Source of the DNA: Planctomycetota bacterium
GTDB taxonomy: Bacteria; Planctomycetota; Planctomycetia; Pirellulales; UBA1268
Assembly (NCBI GenBank): GCA_046090525.1
Contig: JBJTAA010000342.1
Location: 1-42,005 of the forward strand
Length of the DNA: 42,005 bases
Direction of reading: 5' to 3'
A program made the translations under genes and the position numbers. Position 1 is the first letter of the stretch; each line of letters begins with the position of its first letter. The notes under the pieces are model-generated. The model was not told where the DNA came from, did not search any database, and saw nothing but the letters and a program-made list of their open reading frames with translations. Positions 17,228 to 25,526 of the stretch are shown here, one piece after another.

Positions 17228-19162
17228 CTACTCGCCGGCCGAGGCCTGCTCGCGGGCGAAGGCGAGGGCCTCCCGCATCCCCTCGGTCCGCAGCGGCTCC
17301 GGCACGTCCTCGATCACGGCGACGGCCTCGCCGAACCGCCCCGCCTCCACCAGCGCCATGGCGAGGTTGTGGCGGAGCTCGACCTGCTGTGGGTAGCGGT
17401 CGGCGGCGATCGCGAACAGGTCGACGGCGTCGTCGAGCCGGCCGCCCTGGGCGTAGGCCGAGCCCAGGTTCTGCAGCGTGGCCAGGCGGTTGGGATTCGC
17501 GGCCAACGCCCGCTCGAACGCGGCCGTGGCCGCGGGCAGATCGCCCAGTTCGAGTTCGGCGAGGCCCTCGAGCATGGCGACCGGCACGGCCAGCGGGTCG
17601 AGCGACTTCCAGGGGGTGGTGCCGCGCCGGGCGGCATCCCGCATCGCCCGCCAATCGCCGTCCCGCTGGGCACGGCGGGCATCCATCACCGCCCGCTCCT
17701 GGAAGACCGCCGCGGCGGCGTAGCCGACGCCGAGCGCGAGCGCCGCCATGACCGGCGGAGCGACGAGCCAGCCGGCGAGTCGCACTCGCCCCGCGGCGGC
17801 CGCGGGGCGCCCGGCGCGGGCCACGAGCACGACCACCGCCAGGTGCACCGCGAGCACGGCCTGGTGGCTGATGCGGTCGAGCGGAAAGTCGAGGCAGCTG
17901 AACACGAGATAGGCGACGAGCGCCCCGAGCGCGGCCAGGGCCAGCCGGGCGTCGGTGACGCTCGGATCGCCGGCGAGGACGCGGCGCACGCCCGCAAGCG
18001 CGAGCAGGAAGACGGCCGCGAAGGCGAGGAAGCCGGGCAGGCCATGCTCGGCGAGCACCTCGAGAAAGTCGTTGTGCGGGTGGAGCCAGTTGTCGCTCGC
18101 AAGATTCGAGAAGTCGCGGGCCGCGCCCGATTCCGGATCCCGCAGGTGTTCGTGCAGGCGGATCGTGAAGTTGCCCCCGCCGACTCCGGCGATCGGGTGG
18201 GCGGCGAACATCTCGGCCGCGATGCCCCAGACCATCGTCCGGCCGCCGTCGGTGGGGCCCTCCTGCTGGTGCGGCCGCGTGATCGCGAGCCGGTGGATCG
18301 CCCGCCCGATCGCGGTGTCGGTGAACGCGAGGCCGCCGAGGCCGGCCGCCGCGATCAGGAGGCCGACCAAGCCCGCGGCGACGCCACGGCAAAGTTGCGG
18401 TGACGCGCCAAGCGGCCGCCGGCGGCGGAGGAGCGCGATGCCAGAGAGCACCGCCGCCACGGCCAGGGCCAGCCACGCCGCCCGCGATTGGAGCACCACG
18501 AGCACCGCCGTCGCCGCCAGGGATGTGACCATGGCCACCGCCCGCCAGCCGCCGGCCAGTTCCACCGTCGCGCAGAGGCACCAGGGCAGGAGCAGGAGCA
18601 GATAGCCCGCGAACAGGTTGACGTTCGACATCATGCCCTCGAGGAAGGCCAGTTCGAGGTCGCGACGGCCGGGCAGGCCGGCCCGCGCAAGCGGCCAGAT
18701 CTCCCACGCGGCGACCCCGACGGCCACGAGCGTGGCGACGACCGCCGTCTCGAGCAGCCGCTCGCGCCACCGCGGGTGCAACGGCAGCACGAGCAGGCAG
18801 AGGCAGAGCACGAGGAACCAGCTCAGCGTCCGAAACACGTCGGTCAGCCCGGCCGACGCGTTCACGGCCGCGAGGAGCGAGAGGCTCGAGGCGGCGAGGA
18901 ACGCGCCCGCCGCGATCACCACCGGTTCGCTGAGCACCCCCCAGTCGAGCCGTCGCGCGATCGGGCGCGTGAAGAGCACGGCGGGCACGGCCACGAGCAG
19001 CCCCACGAGCAGGGCCAGGAGCCGCGGCAGCTGCGAGACGTCGTAGGCCGCCGGATCGACGACGACGTGGAGCGCGACGAGCACCGCGGCGAGCAGGCTC
19101 GTGGCGGCCAGCAGGCCGGCCCGCGCCGGCACGGCCTCGGACGGGATGGGGCGATCGGTCAT
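17228..19162 (-). CDS. O-antigen ligase (WaaL/Wzy_C)-family polytopic membrane protein fused to C-terminal TPR repeats (644 aa)
   Basis: About 10-12 TM helices and the Wzy_C signature region HPHNDFLEVLAEHGLPGFLAF. The C-terminal ~170 aa carry TPR-like repeats (AFERALAANPN..., LGSAYAQGGRLDDAVDLF...). Confidence 0.8.
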   Translation of the reverse strand: MTDRPIPSEAVPARAGLLAATSLLAAVLVALHVVVDPAAYDVSQLPRLLALLVGLLVAVPAVLFTRPIARRLDWGVLSEPVVIAAGAFLAASSLSLLAAVNASAGLTDVFRTLSWFLVLCLCLLVLPLHPRWRERLLETAVVATLVAVGVAAWEIWPLARAGLPGRRDLELAFLEGMMSNVNLFAGYLLLLLPWCLCATVELAGGWRAVAMVTSLAATAVLVVLQSRAAWLALAVAAVLSGIALLRRRRPLGASPQLCRGVAAGLVGLLIAAAGLGGLAFTDTAIGRAIHRLAITRPHQQEGPTDGGRTMVWGIAAEMFAAHPIAGVGGGNFTIRLHEHLRDPESGAARDFSNLASDNWLHPHNDFLEVLAEHGLPGFLAFAAVFLLALAGVRRVLAGDPSVTDARLALAALGALVAYLVFSCLDFPLDRISHQAVLAVHLAVVVLVARAGRPAAAAGRVRLAGWLVAPPVMAALALGVGYAAAAVFQERAVMDARRAQRDGDWRAMRDAARRGTTPWKSLDPLAVPVAMLEGLAELELGDLPAATAAFERALAANPNRLATLQNLGSAYAQGGRLDDAVDLFAIAADRYPQQVELRHNLAMALVEAGRFGEAVAVIEDVPEPLRTEGMREALAFAREQASAGE

Positions 19163-20115
19163 GGCGCGTGCGGCGGGCGGTATAGCTGCGAGTGTACCCC
19201 CGGAGAAACTGTCTCGACGGCTGCGGGGGAAGCGAGGCTCGCGGCAGCGTCGGCGGCCCAGCGGCCGCTTCCGGGCACGAACGGCCGTGGCGCGAAGCCC
19301 AAATCGAGGGCCGCCTCGGCGTGACTGGCGGAGAGATCCTCGTTCATGCGTTGTCCGATCCCCACCGCGGAGCCCGGCATCAGGCCCACCCGCTCGGCAA
19401 CCGTGGCCAGTGTCCGCCAGAGCCAGGGCGGCAGGCTGAGCGTCCGCGGCGTCAGGCCGTGGGCCCGGCAGGTTCGCTCCACGAGTTCGCGAAACGGCAG
19501 CGGCTCACCCCCGGAGAGCGTGTAGGACCGCCGCGGGGGATCGCGCTTGAGGGCGGCCACGCAGGCCGCGGCGACGTCGCCGGCGTGGACCGGCTGCCGC
19601 AGGCCCTCCGCCGCGCCGCACAGGGGAAACCAGCCACAGCGGCGGACACAGGCCGCGATGGCGGCCACGTTTCGGTCGTGGAGGCCGTCGTAGATCATCG
19701 TGGGCCTGAGGATCGTGAGGCCGACGCCGCTGGAATCGGCCCAGTCGAGGAGGCCCTCCTCGGCCGCGGCCAGGCGGCCGGCGAGCCGGCGTTCCTGGGC
19801 GTCGGGCGAGCCGGTCTTCGTGGCGACGCTCATCGAGGAGAGGGCGACCAATCGCTGGACGCCGAGCGACTCGAGCCACGGCAGGTGCGCCGCGACGGTC
19901 CAGATCGGGCACAGGGCGATCCAGTCCGGCAGGGGCGAGGCCACGGCCGGTGGATCCCCCGGAAGGCACCAGGTGATCAGGGCCTGCTGTGTGGGCGTGG
20001 CCTGGGAGCGGGACACCGCGAGCACCCGGGCCGACCGCATCGTCACCAGCGGCAGCAGGTGGCGTCCGACGAGGCTCCTCGCGCCCAGCACGCCGACCCA
20101 GGGCGGCTCGCTCAT
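19159..20115 (-). CDS. NAD-dependent epimerase/dehydratase (SDR) family protein (318 aa)
   Basis: A Rossmann-type N-terminus VGVLGARSLVGRHLL is present. Its stop overlaps the ligase start by 4 nt (19159-19162). The N-terminal 179 codons of track ORF 19159..20652 were rejected as Arg/Pro-rich. Confidence 0.72.
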   Translation of the reverse strand: MSEPPWVGVLGARSLVGRHLLPLVTMRSARVLAVSRSQATPTQQALITWCLPGDPPAVASPLPDWIALCPIWTVAAHLPWLESLGVQRLVALSSMSVATKTGSPDAQERRLAGRLAAAEEGLLDWADSSGVGLTILRPTMIYDGLHDRNVAAIAACVRRCGWFPLCGAAEGLRQPVHAGDVAAACVAALKRDPPRRSYTLSGGEPLPFRELVERTCRAHGLTPRTLSLPPWLWRTLATVAERVGLMPGSAVGIGQRMNEDLSASHAEAALDLGFAPRPFVPGSGRWAADAAASLASPAAVETVSPGVHSQLYRPPHAP

Positions 20116-20135
20116 GGTGTTCACGCCAGCCGCTG

Positions 20136-21170
20136 TCAGGAGGGAAGCGTCGTCGGCGAGGCGGTCTTGGGGAAGACGGCCGCCGCGGCCCAGCGGGCAT
20201 CGGGCTCCGGTGTCGTCGCCGCGCCGGCGGCCAGCGAGCGGACGATCTGACGGGTGGCCACGGCCGCGAACCTGAGCCAGACGCCCGCCACGACCAGGCC
20301 GAACAGGCCGGCGGGATACGAGTCGCGGAAGTGCTTGCGGTAGAAGCGGATCATGCCCCGGTGCTTGTGCCATTCGACGGCCAGTGGCCGCGAGCGGCCG
20401 CACATGCCGCGATGGTGCACCGCCGGCGCATCGGGCACGAACAGGATCCGCCAGCCCGCGGCCCGGAACCGCATGCACAGGTCCAGGTCCTCGCAGTGAA
20501 GGAAGAAGCCCTCGTCCCAGGGACCGACCTCGGCGAACGCCTCGCGCGAGACCATCGTCAGGGCGCCCGAGACGGCCTCCACCTCGACGGGCTCGCTCGG
20601 CAGCGGCTCGCGATGGAGGCAGAAGTCGGAGAGCAGCCGCGGGGCCAGCCACGCGAGCCGGCCCAAACCGAAGCCGCGGACGAAGGCTCGCCAGGGCGTC
20701 GGCACGCTTCGCCGCGCGCCTCCCTGCTCCTGGCCGAAGGCGTCGGTCAGCAGCCCGCCGGCCATGCCCACACGGCCGCCCGGACGCATGACCCGTTCGA
20801 GCGCGGCGAGCGAGCCGCTGCCGAGAATGCAGTCGGGATTGAGAAACAAGAGCAGCGGTTCCGTGGCCAGCTCGGCCCCACGATTGCAGCCTGCCGCGAA
20901 CCCCGTGTTCACCCGCGACCGCACGACCCGCAACCGCGGATTGGTCGCGAACCGGCTGACGACGGCCTCGAAGGGGCCGATCCGCGAGGCATTGTCGACG
21001 AGGATCACCTGCCGCGCCTGGGAGAGGGCTGCCTCGAGGCAGTCGGCCAGCAGGCGGCCGGCATCGTGGTTGACGATCACCACGCTCACTGGTGCCAGCG
21101 ACGGGTCTTCCGGATCGGTCAGCGGCCCCGCCGGGTGAGGCCGAAGTCCATCGCGCTCAGGATTCGCCAT
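20136..21170 (-). CDS. Glycosyltransferase family 2
   Basis: VSVVIVNHDAGRLLADCLEAAL and VDNASR are GT2 motifs. An ATG 21170 start would overlap the upstream gene by 52 nt. The alternative GTG 21089 start avoids the overlap and fits third-position G/C better. Confidence 0.82.
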   Translation of the reverse strand: MANPERDGLRPHPAGPLTDPEDPSLAPVSVVIVNHDAGRLLADCLEAALSQARQVILVDNASRIGPFEAVVSRFATNPRLRVVRSRVNTGFAAGCNRGAELATEPLLLFLNPDCILGSGSLAALERVMRPGGRVGMAGGLLTDAFGQEQGGARRSVPTPWRAFVRGFGLGRLAWLAPRLLSDFCLHREPLPSEPVEVEAVSGALTMVSREAFAEVGPWDEGFFLHCEDLDLCMRFRAAGWRILFVPDAPAVHHRGMCGRSRPLAVEWHKHRGMIRFYRKHFRDSYPAGLFGLVVAGVWLRFAAVATRQIVRSLAAGAATTPEPDARWAAAAVFPKTASPTTLPS

Positions 21171-22120
21171 GACGAGATTCGGCGCGCGGCCTGCACGGTC
21201 CGTCGCTTCTGCCAGCACCTGCCCAGCCCCGACCAAGCATCCCACTTCGCCCGGGCGAACGCACGTCCCCGGCCCCGGCAGCCGAGAATCACTCCTGTAA
21301 AGATAGATTGGGAAAGATGCGCAAGCAAAACCGGGGCTAAAAGCGGTCCCGGGGTGTCTTTGAGCACGGTCCAGGTGAGGTTCCTGTGGCCAAGGTAGGT
21401 CGCCAGGTTTCCCTCCGAACTCGCCCCGCCGATATGGGCGACCACGGCGTCGGGCACGTAGCGGGCGCGATGGCCGGCGAGCCGCAGGCGGTAGCCGAGG
21501 TCCACGTCTTCCCCGAAGCAGAAGTAGTCCTCGTCGAAGCCGCCCGCCTCGACCAGCGCGGCCCGCCGGTAGAGCGCGGCCGCCGCACAGGCGGAGAAGA
21601 TCTCGCGCGCCGCCAGATCGGCGGGCTCGAGCCGGCGGCCGTGTCCCTCGCGCCAGGCCAGGCCGCTGACGTGCCAGCGGTCACCGATCCCGTCGAGGAC
21701 GCCCTCGTAGCCGGCGAGCATCTGCCGCGAACCGAACGCGGCGCACTCGGGGTGAGCGGCGGCGGCGGCGACGAGGCACCCGAGCCAGCCCGGCTCGGGG
21801 AAGGCGTCGGGATTGAGCAGGGCCACGAAGTCGGTCGTGGCCATGGCGAGCCCCCGGTTCGAGGCCGCGGCGAACCCGAGGTTCCGCCCGGCTGCGTCGA
21901 ACGTCGTCCGGCCCACGAGGGCCGGCGTCGCACCAACGAGCGTCCGCGCGGCCGCGAGCGACTCGTCGCTGCTGGCGTTGTCGATGACGACGATCCGCTC
22001 GGGCAGCGACGACTGGCGGGCCAGGCACTCCAGGCACCGCGGCAGGTGCTCGCCGCCGTTGAAGTTGACGATCACGACGGTGACCGGGGCCGTGCCAGCC
22101 GGTTCGACGACCTCATTCAT
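21119..22120 (-). CDS. Glycosyltransferase family 2 (333 aa)
   Basis: VTVVIVNFNGGEHLPRCLECL, VVIDNASSD, FAAASNRG and the ED-containing FCFGEDVDLGYRL are present. The start was moved to ATG 22120. Confidence 0.85.
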   Translation of the reverse strand: MNEVVEPAGTAPVTVVIVNFNGGEHLPRCLECLARQSSLPERIVVIDNASSDESLAAARTLVGATPALVGRTTFDAAGRNLGFAAASNRGLAMATTDFVALLNPDAFPEPGWLGCLVAAAAAHPECAAFGSRQMLAGYEGVLDGIGDRWHVSGLAWREGHGRRLEPADLAAREIFSACAAAALYRRAALVEAGGFDEDYFCFGEDVDLGYRLRLAGHRARYVPDAVVAHIGGASSEGNLATYLGHRNLTWTVLKDTPGPLLAPVLLAHLSQSIFTGVILGCRGRGRAFARAKWDAWSGLGRCWQKRRTVQAARRISSWRILSAMDFGLTRRGR

Positions 22121-22139
22121 GAGGGGGTTCCCCGCGCGC

Positions 22140-22168
22140 TTGACGCTGCCCGCCGGCCGACCTAGGGT
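22140..22168 (+). promoter_or_regulatory. Candidate sigma70-type promoter for wzm-wzt
   Basis: TTGACG-N17-TAGGGT in the 166-bp divergent intergenic region. Confidence 0.3.
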
Positions 22169-22286
22169 CGAAAGGGGACATCCGCCGCTGCCTCCTGCGG
22201 CCCTCCCCGACAGCCCCCCCATCCCGAGCCGGAACACCGTGCCAGGCCTCGAAACCACCGCCCCGCCGCCACGGGAGATCGCGACG

Positions 22287-23096
22287 GTGAGGCAGGCGGG
22301 CGGAGACCCGGCTCCGGCCGACACGGCCTGGACCGATTGGTGGGCGGGCACGCGCCGCTTCGATCTCTGGAGCACGCTCGCCTGGTACGACATCGTGCTC
22401 CGGTATCGGCGGTCGATCATCGGTCCGCTGTGGATCACGCTCAGCATGGGAGCGATGCTGCTGGGCATGGGCCCCCTCTACGCCGCGCTGTTCGACGTGC
22501 CGCTGGCACGCTTCTACCCGCATCTGGCCCTCGGGATCATCTTCTGGAACTTCTTCAGCACGACGCTCAACGACGGCTGCCAGGTGTTCATCACCGCCGC
22601 CGCCTACCTCAAGCAGGGCCCGGTGCCACGGAGCGTGTTCGTGTGGCGGAGTCTGGCCCGCCACCTGTTCTTCCTCGCGCATCACGTCGTGCTCTATCTG
22701 CCCGTCGCCCTGTGGTCGGGCCTGGCCTGGAGCCCGCGGATGCTGCTGGCCATCCCGGGGCTGCTCGTGGTGATCGTCAATCTGCACGCCCTGTCGATCA
22801 CGCTGGGCCTGCTCTCGGCCCGCTTCCGGGACGTCCCCAACATCGTGTCGAGTTCGCTGCAACTGTTGATGTTTTTGACGCCGGTGTTCTGGTTCCCGGA
22901 GAAGCTGCCCGAGCGTTCGCGATTCATCCTCTACAACCCGCTCGCCCAGCTGCTCGACGTGCTGCGGGTGCCGCTCCTGGGCGGCCTGCCGGCGCCGGGC
23001 ACCCTGTGGTTCCTGGGCTACTTCACGACGCTCAACGTGGCCGTGGCGGCGTACCTCTACGCCACCTGCCGCCGCCGGGTCGTTTACTGGGTGTGA
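22287..23096 (+). CDS. wzm: ABC-2 type polysaccharide export permease (Wzm/TagG/KpsM-like), ~269 aa
   Basis: LAWYDIVLRYRRSIIGPLWITL is the ABC-2 N-terminal signature, followed by 6 TM helices. GTG 22287 was chosen. The upstream part of track ORF 21813..23096 is antisense to the GT2 gene. Confidence 0.85.
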   Translation: MRQAGGDPAPADTAWTDWWAGTRRFDLWSTLAWYDIVLRYRRSIIGPLWITLSMGAMLLGMGPLYAALFDVPLARFYPHLALGIIFWNFFSTTLNDGCQVFITAAAYLKQGPVPRSVFVWRSLARHLFFLAHHVVLYLPVALWSGLAWSPRMLLAIPGLLVVIVNLHALSITLGLLSARFRDVPNIVSSSLQLLMFLTPVFWFPEKLPERSRFILYNPLAQLLDVLRVPLLGGLPAPGTLWFLGYFTTLNVAVAAYLYATCRRRVVYWV

Positions 23097-23103
23097 CACG
23101 ACC

Positions 23104-23838
23104 ATGGCCCTGCTCGCCCTCGACGACGTGTCGGTCGATTACCCGATCTTCGGGGCCCACGCCGACTCGCTCAAGACCACGCTCACCAGCGCCGTCACCG
23201 GTGGGCGGATCGGCCGGGAAACGGGGGTGACCGTGGTGCAGGCGGTGCGGAACGTCTCGCTCGAGCTTCGGGACGGCGACCGGCTGGGCATCGTGGGGCA
23301 CAACGGCGCCGGCAAGTCCACGCTCTTGCAGACGCTCGCGGGCGTCTACCCGCCGACCCGCGGCCGCTACCGCCGCGAGGGCTCGCTGGCGAGCCTCGTC
23401 AACCCGATGCTCGGCATCGAGCGGGAGGCGACCGGCTACGAGAACATCATGATCCGCGGCCTCGTGCTGGGCATGAGCCGCCGGGCGATCCGGGCGATCA
23501 CGCCGGAGATCGCCGAGTTCAGCGGGCTGGGCGAGTATCTCGACATGCCGGTGCATACCTACTCCACCGGCATGCTGATGCGGCTGACCTTCGCGATCAC
23601 GACGAGCGTGCGGGCCGACATCCTCCTGATGGACGAGTGGCTTTCGGTGGGCGATGCCCAGTTCCGGCAGGTCGCCGAGCGGCGGATCCGCGAGATGGTC
23701 TCCCACAGCGGAATCCTCGTGATCGCATCACATTCGGCCGACCTCATCGCCCGCGAGTGCAACCGGGTGATCGAGCTGTCGCACGGGTCCGTGATCCGGG
23801 ACGAGCCGTTGGCTGAGTTCGTGCCGGAGGAACGCTAG
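23104..23838 (+). CDS. wzt: Polysaccharide export ABC transporter ATP-binding protein (Wzt/TagH/KpsT-like), 244 aa, NBD only
   Basis: Walker A GHNGAGKST, signature YSTGMLMRL and Walker B ILLMDEWLSVGD are present. At this length there is no C-terminal carbohydrate-binding extension. Confidence 0.93.
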   Translation: MALLALDDVSVDYPIFGAHADSLKTTLTSAVTGGRIGRETGVTVVQAVRNVSLELRDGDRLGIVGHNGAGKSTLLQTLAGVYPPTRGRYRREGSLASLVNPMLGIEREATGYENIMIRGLVLGMSRRAIRAITPEIAEFSGLGEYLDMPVHTYSTGMLMRLTFAITTSVRADILLMDEWLSVGDAQFRQVAERRIREMVSHSGILVIASHSADLIARECNRVIELSHGSVIRDEPLAEFVPEER

Positions 23839-25289
23839 CGGCGGCCCGACGACAGCGCCGCCTCGATGCGGCCGGTCATGTCCTGCCGCAGGGACTCGTG
23901 GATTGCCCGCTCCGCCACGAGCTGGGCGACCAGCTCGTCCCGCTCTCCCACCGCCGACGCGGCGGTTCGTTCGAGCTGTTCGCCTCGCGCTCGGGCCTCC
24001 GCCAGGTCCACCGCGAGCCGCTTGACCGCGACGTCGCGTTCGGTCCGCTCGGCCTCGAGTTGGGCGACGGCGCGGTCGGCACGTGATGCGGCTTCGGCGA
24101 GGGCCGACTCCAGTCCCGCCATGGCGCGGACTCGTTCGGCCCGCTCGGCCTCACGTTGCTCGACGGCCCGATGCCTTTCAGCCCGTTCGGCCTCGAGTTG
24201 CACGGCGAGACGGTCTCGTTCGGCCCACTCGGCCTCGAGTTGCATCGCGAGACGGTTTCGTTCGGCCCGCTCGGCCTCCAACTGCTTCTCGACCGCCGCC
24301 GCTCGGGCAGCGCAGGTGTCGGCGCGGTTGGTCGCAGCGAGCCGCTCGGCCCGCTCGGCCGCCAGTTCGCCGGCCAACTGCTCGACCTTCCGCTGCGCCT
24401 CGGCCTCCCGGACCGCGAAGCCGCCCCGCTCGGCGACGGCACGGCAGGCCGCGGCCCATTCGATCAGGGCGGCCGCGGCGACTTCCGTCGGCCGTGAGAG
24501 CCCGCGGCCGAGAGCCACCGGTGCCGCCGGTGCCGCCGGGGCGGCAAGCCGCAGGATCTCGGCCTGGAGATCACGCACCTCCGGCCTCAGGGCGATCACG
24601 ATTCCCTCGCGGTGGCCCGGTTGTCCGGTCACGAGCAGCCCGGGCTCGTACGTGGCCGCGGGCGTGGCGAGAGGCACGGCGAGCAGTTCTGCCGCGCGCG
24701 ATACGACGCCGGCTGGATCGGTGACGACCTGCGACAGATCCACGACGATCGTGCGGTCGCCGTGTCGACGGGCGAAGTCGAGGATCCTGCGGTTGTAGGC
24801 AACCCAGACGTCCACCGCGTGCCGCGGATTGACGACGAACGCGGTGTCGCCCCGGCGCAGCAGCGAGTCGCACACCTCTGCGGGCGGCCGCACCACGAAC
24901 AGCCAGCGGGCCTCGGGCACGAGTTCGGCCCAGAAGTCGAGAAACAGGGTCGTCCGCGGGTCCTTCCAGCCCCATGGGCGGCCCGCCGCCCGGCGGCGGC
25001 GCACCATGTCGGCCGCCTGCGCCCGTGCCGCTGCCGGCACCTCGATGGCCTCCTGGCAGGTGAAGCCCTCCATCGACAGGCCGTTGCCTGCGAGGATCCG
25101 CTGATGCAGGTTGTAGAACTCGAGGTCCTCGAAGTGGCCCCGCGGATTGCCCGCCGCGGCCGGCATCAACTCGTCACCCAGATGGACCCCCGCCGTGGCG
25201 AGCAGCGAAGCCGTCAGCGACGTGCCTGACCGGTGCATGCCGGTGATCACGAGAGCCGGCGGGCGATCGGCATCGAGCGGCTCTGCCAT
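23835..25289 (-). CDS. Sulfotransferase-domain protein with ~180-aa C-terminal repetitive coiled coil (484 aa)
   Basis: The N-terminal PAPS-loop-like motif is VITGMHRSGTSLTASLL, followed by NPRGHFED. The C-terminus is heptad-like and Ala/Glu/Arg-rich, with QLEAERAER units. The start was moved to ATG 25289. Confidence 0.8.
   Translation of the reverse strand: MAEPLDADRPPALVITGMHRSGTSLTASLLATAGVHLGDELMPAAAGNPRGHFEDLEFYNLHQRILAGNGLSMEGFTCQEAIEVPAAARAQAADMVRRRRAAGRPWGWKDPRTTLFLDFWAELVPEARWLFVVRPPAEVCDSLLRRGDTAFVVNPRHAVDVWVAYNRRILDFARRHGDRTIVVDLSQVVTDPAGVVSRAAELLAVPLATPAATYEPGLLVTGQPGHREGIVIALRPEVRDLQAEILRLAAPAAPAAPVALGRGLSRPTEVAAAALIEWAAACRAVAERGGFAVREAEAQRKVEQLAGELAAERAERLAATNRADTCAARAAAVEKQLEAERAERNRLAMQLEAEWAERDRLAVQLEAERAERHRAVEQREAERAERVRAMAGLESALAEAASRADRAVAQLEAERTERDVAVKRLAVDLAEARARGEQLERTAASAVGERDELVAQLVAERAIHESLRQDMTGRIEAALSSGRR
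24117..24284 (-). repeat. Four tandem 42-bp (14-aa) coding repeats inside the coiled coil
   Basis: The units are QLEAERAERNRLAM / QLEAEWAERDRLAV / QLEAERAERHRAVE / QREAERAERVRAMA. A fifth dispersed unit, QLEAERTERDVAVK, lies downstream. Confidence 0.85.
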
Positions 25290-25526
25290 AGGAAGCGGCC
25301 TCGGTCTCGGGCGGGCGGCGCGGATTCTTCCACCGGAGCAGCAGGCCGTCAACGCCGTCCGCGCCCGGCACCCGGCTCACCCGGTCGACGTGGGCTGCCC
25401 GTCTTGCCCGCCTCACCGGGCCGGCCGTGATCTTGACCCGCGGCGGCAGGGCGCGGTACCTCCCCTGCCGATTCTGCCGGGTCGGCCCCGCCTGCCCGCG
25501 CGGCCACCGCCAGGAGGCGCACCCGC

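Noticed and set aside
24117-24284. Regularly spaced repeats that might suggest a CRISPR array or minisatellite. The same question arises for 39516-39692 and 25680-26135.
   Set aside because: All lie inside long open reading frames, and their period is a multiple of 3 (42, 126 and 114 bp). There are no unique spacers, and they translate into coherent protein repeats (coiled-coil heptads or a 38-aa domain repeat).
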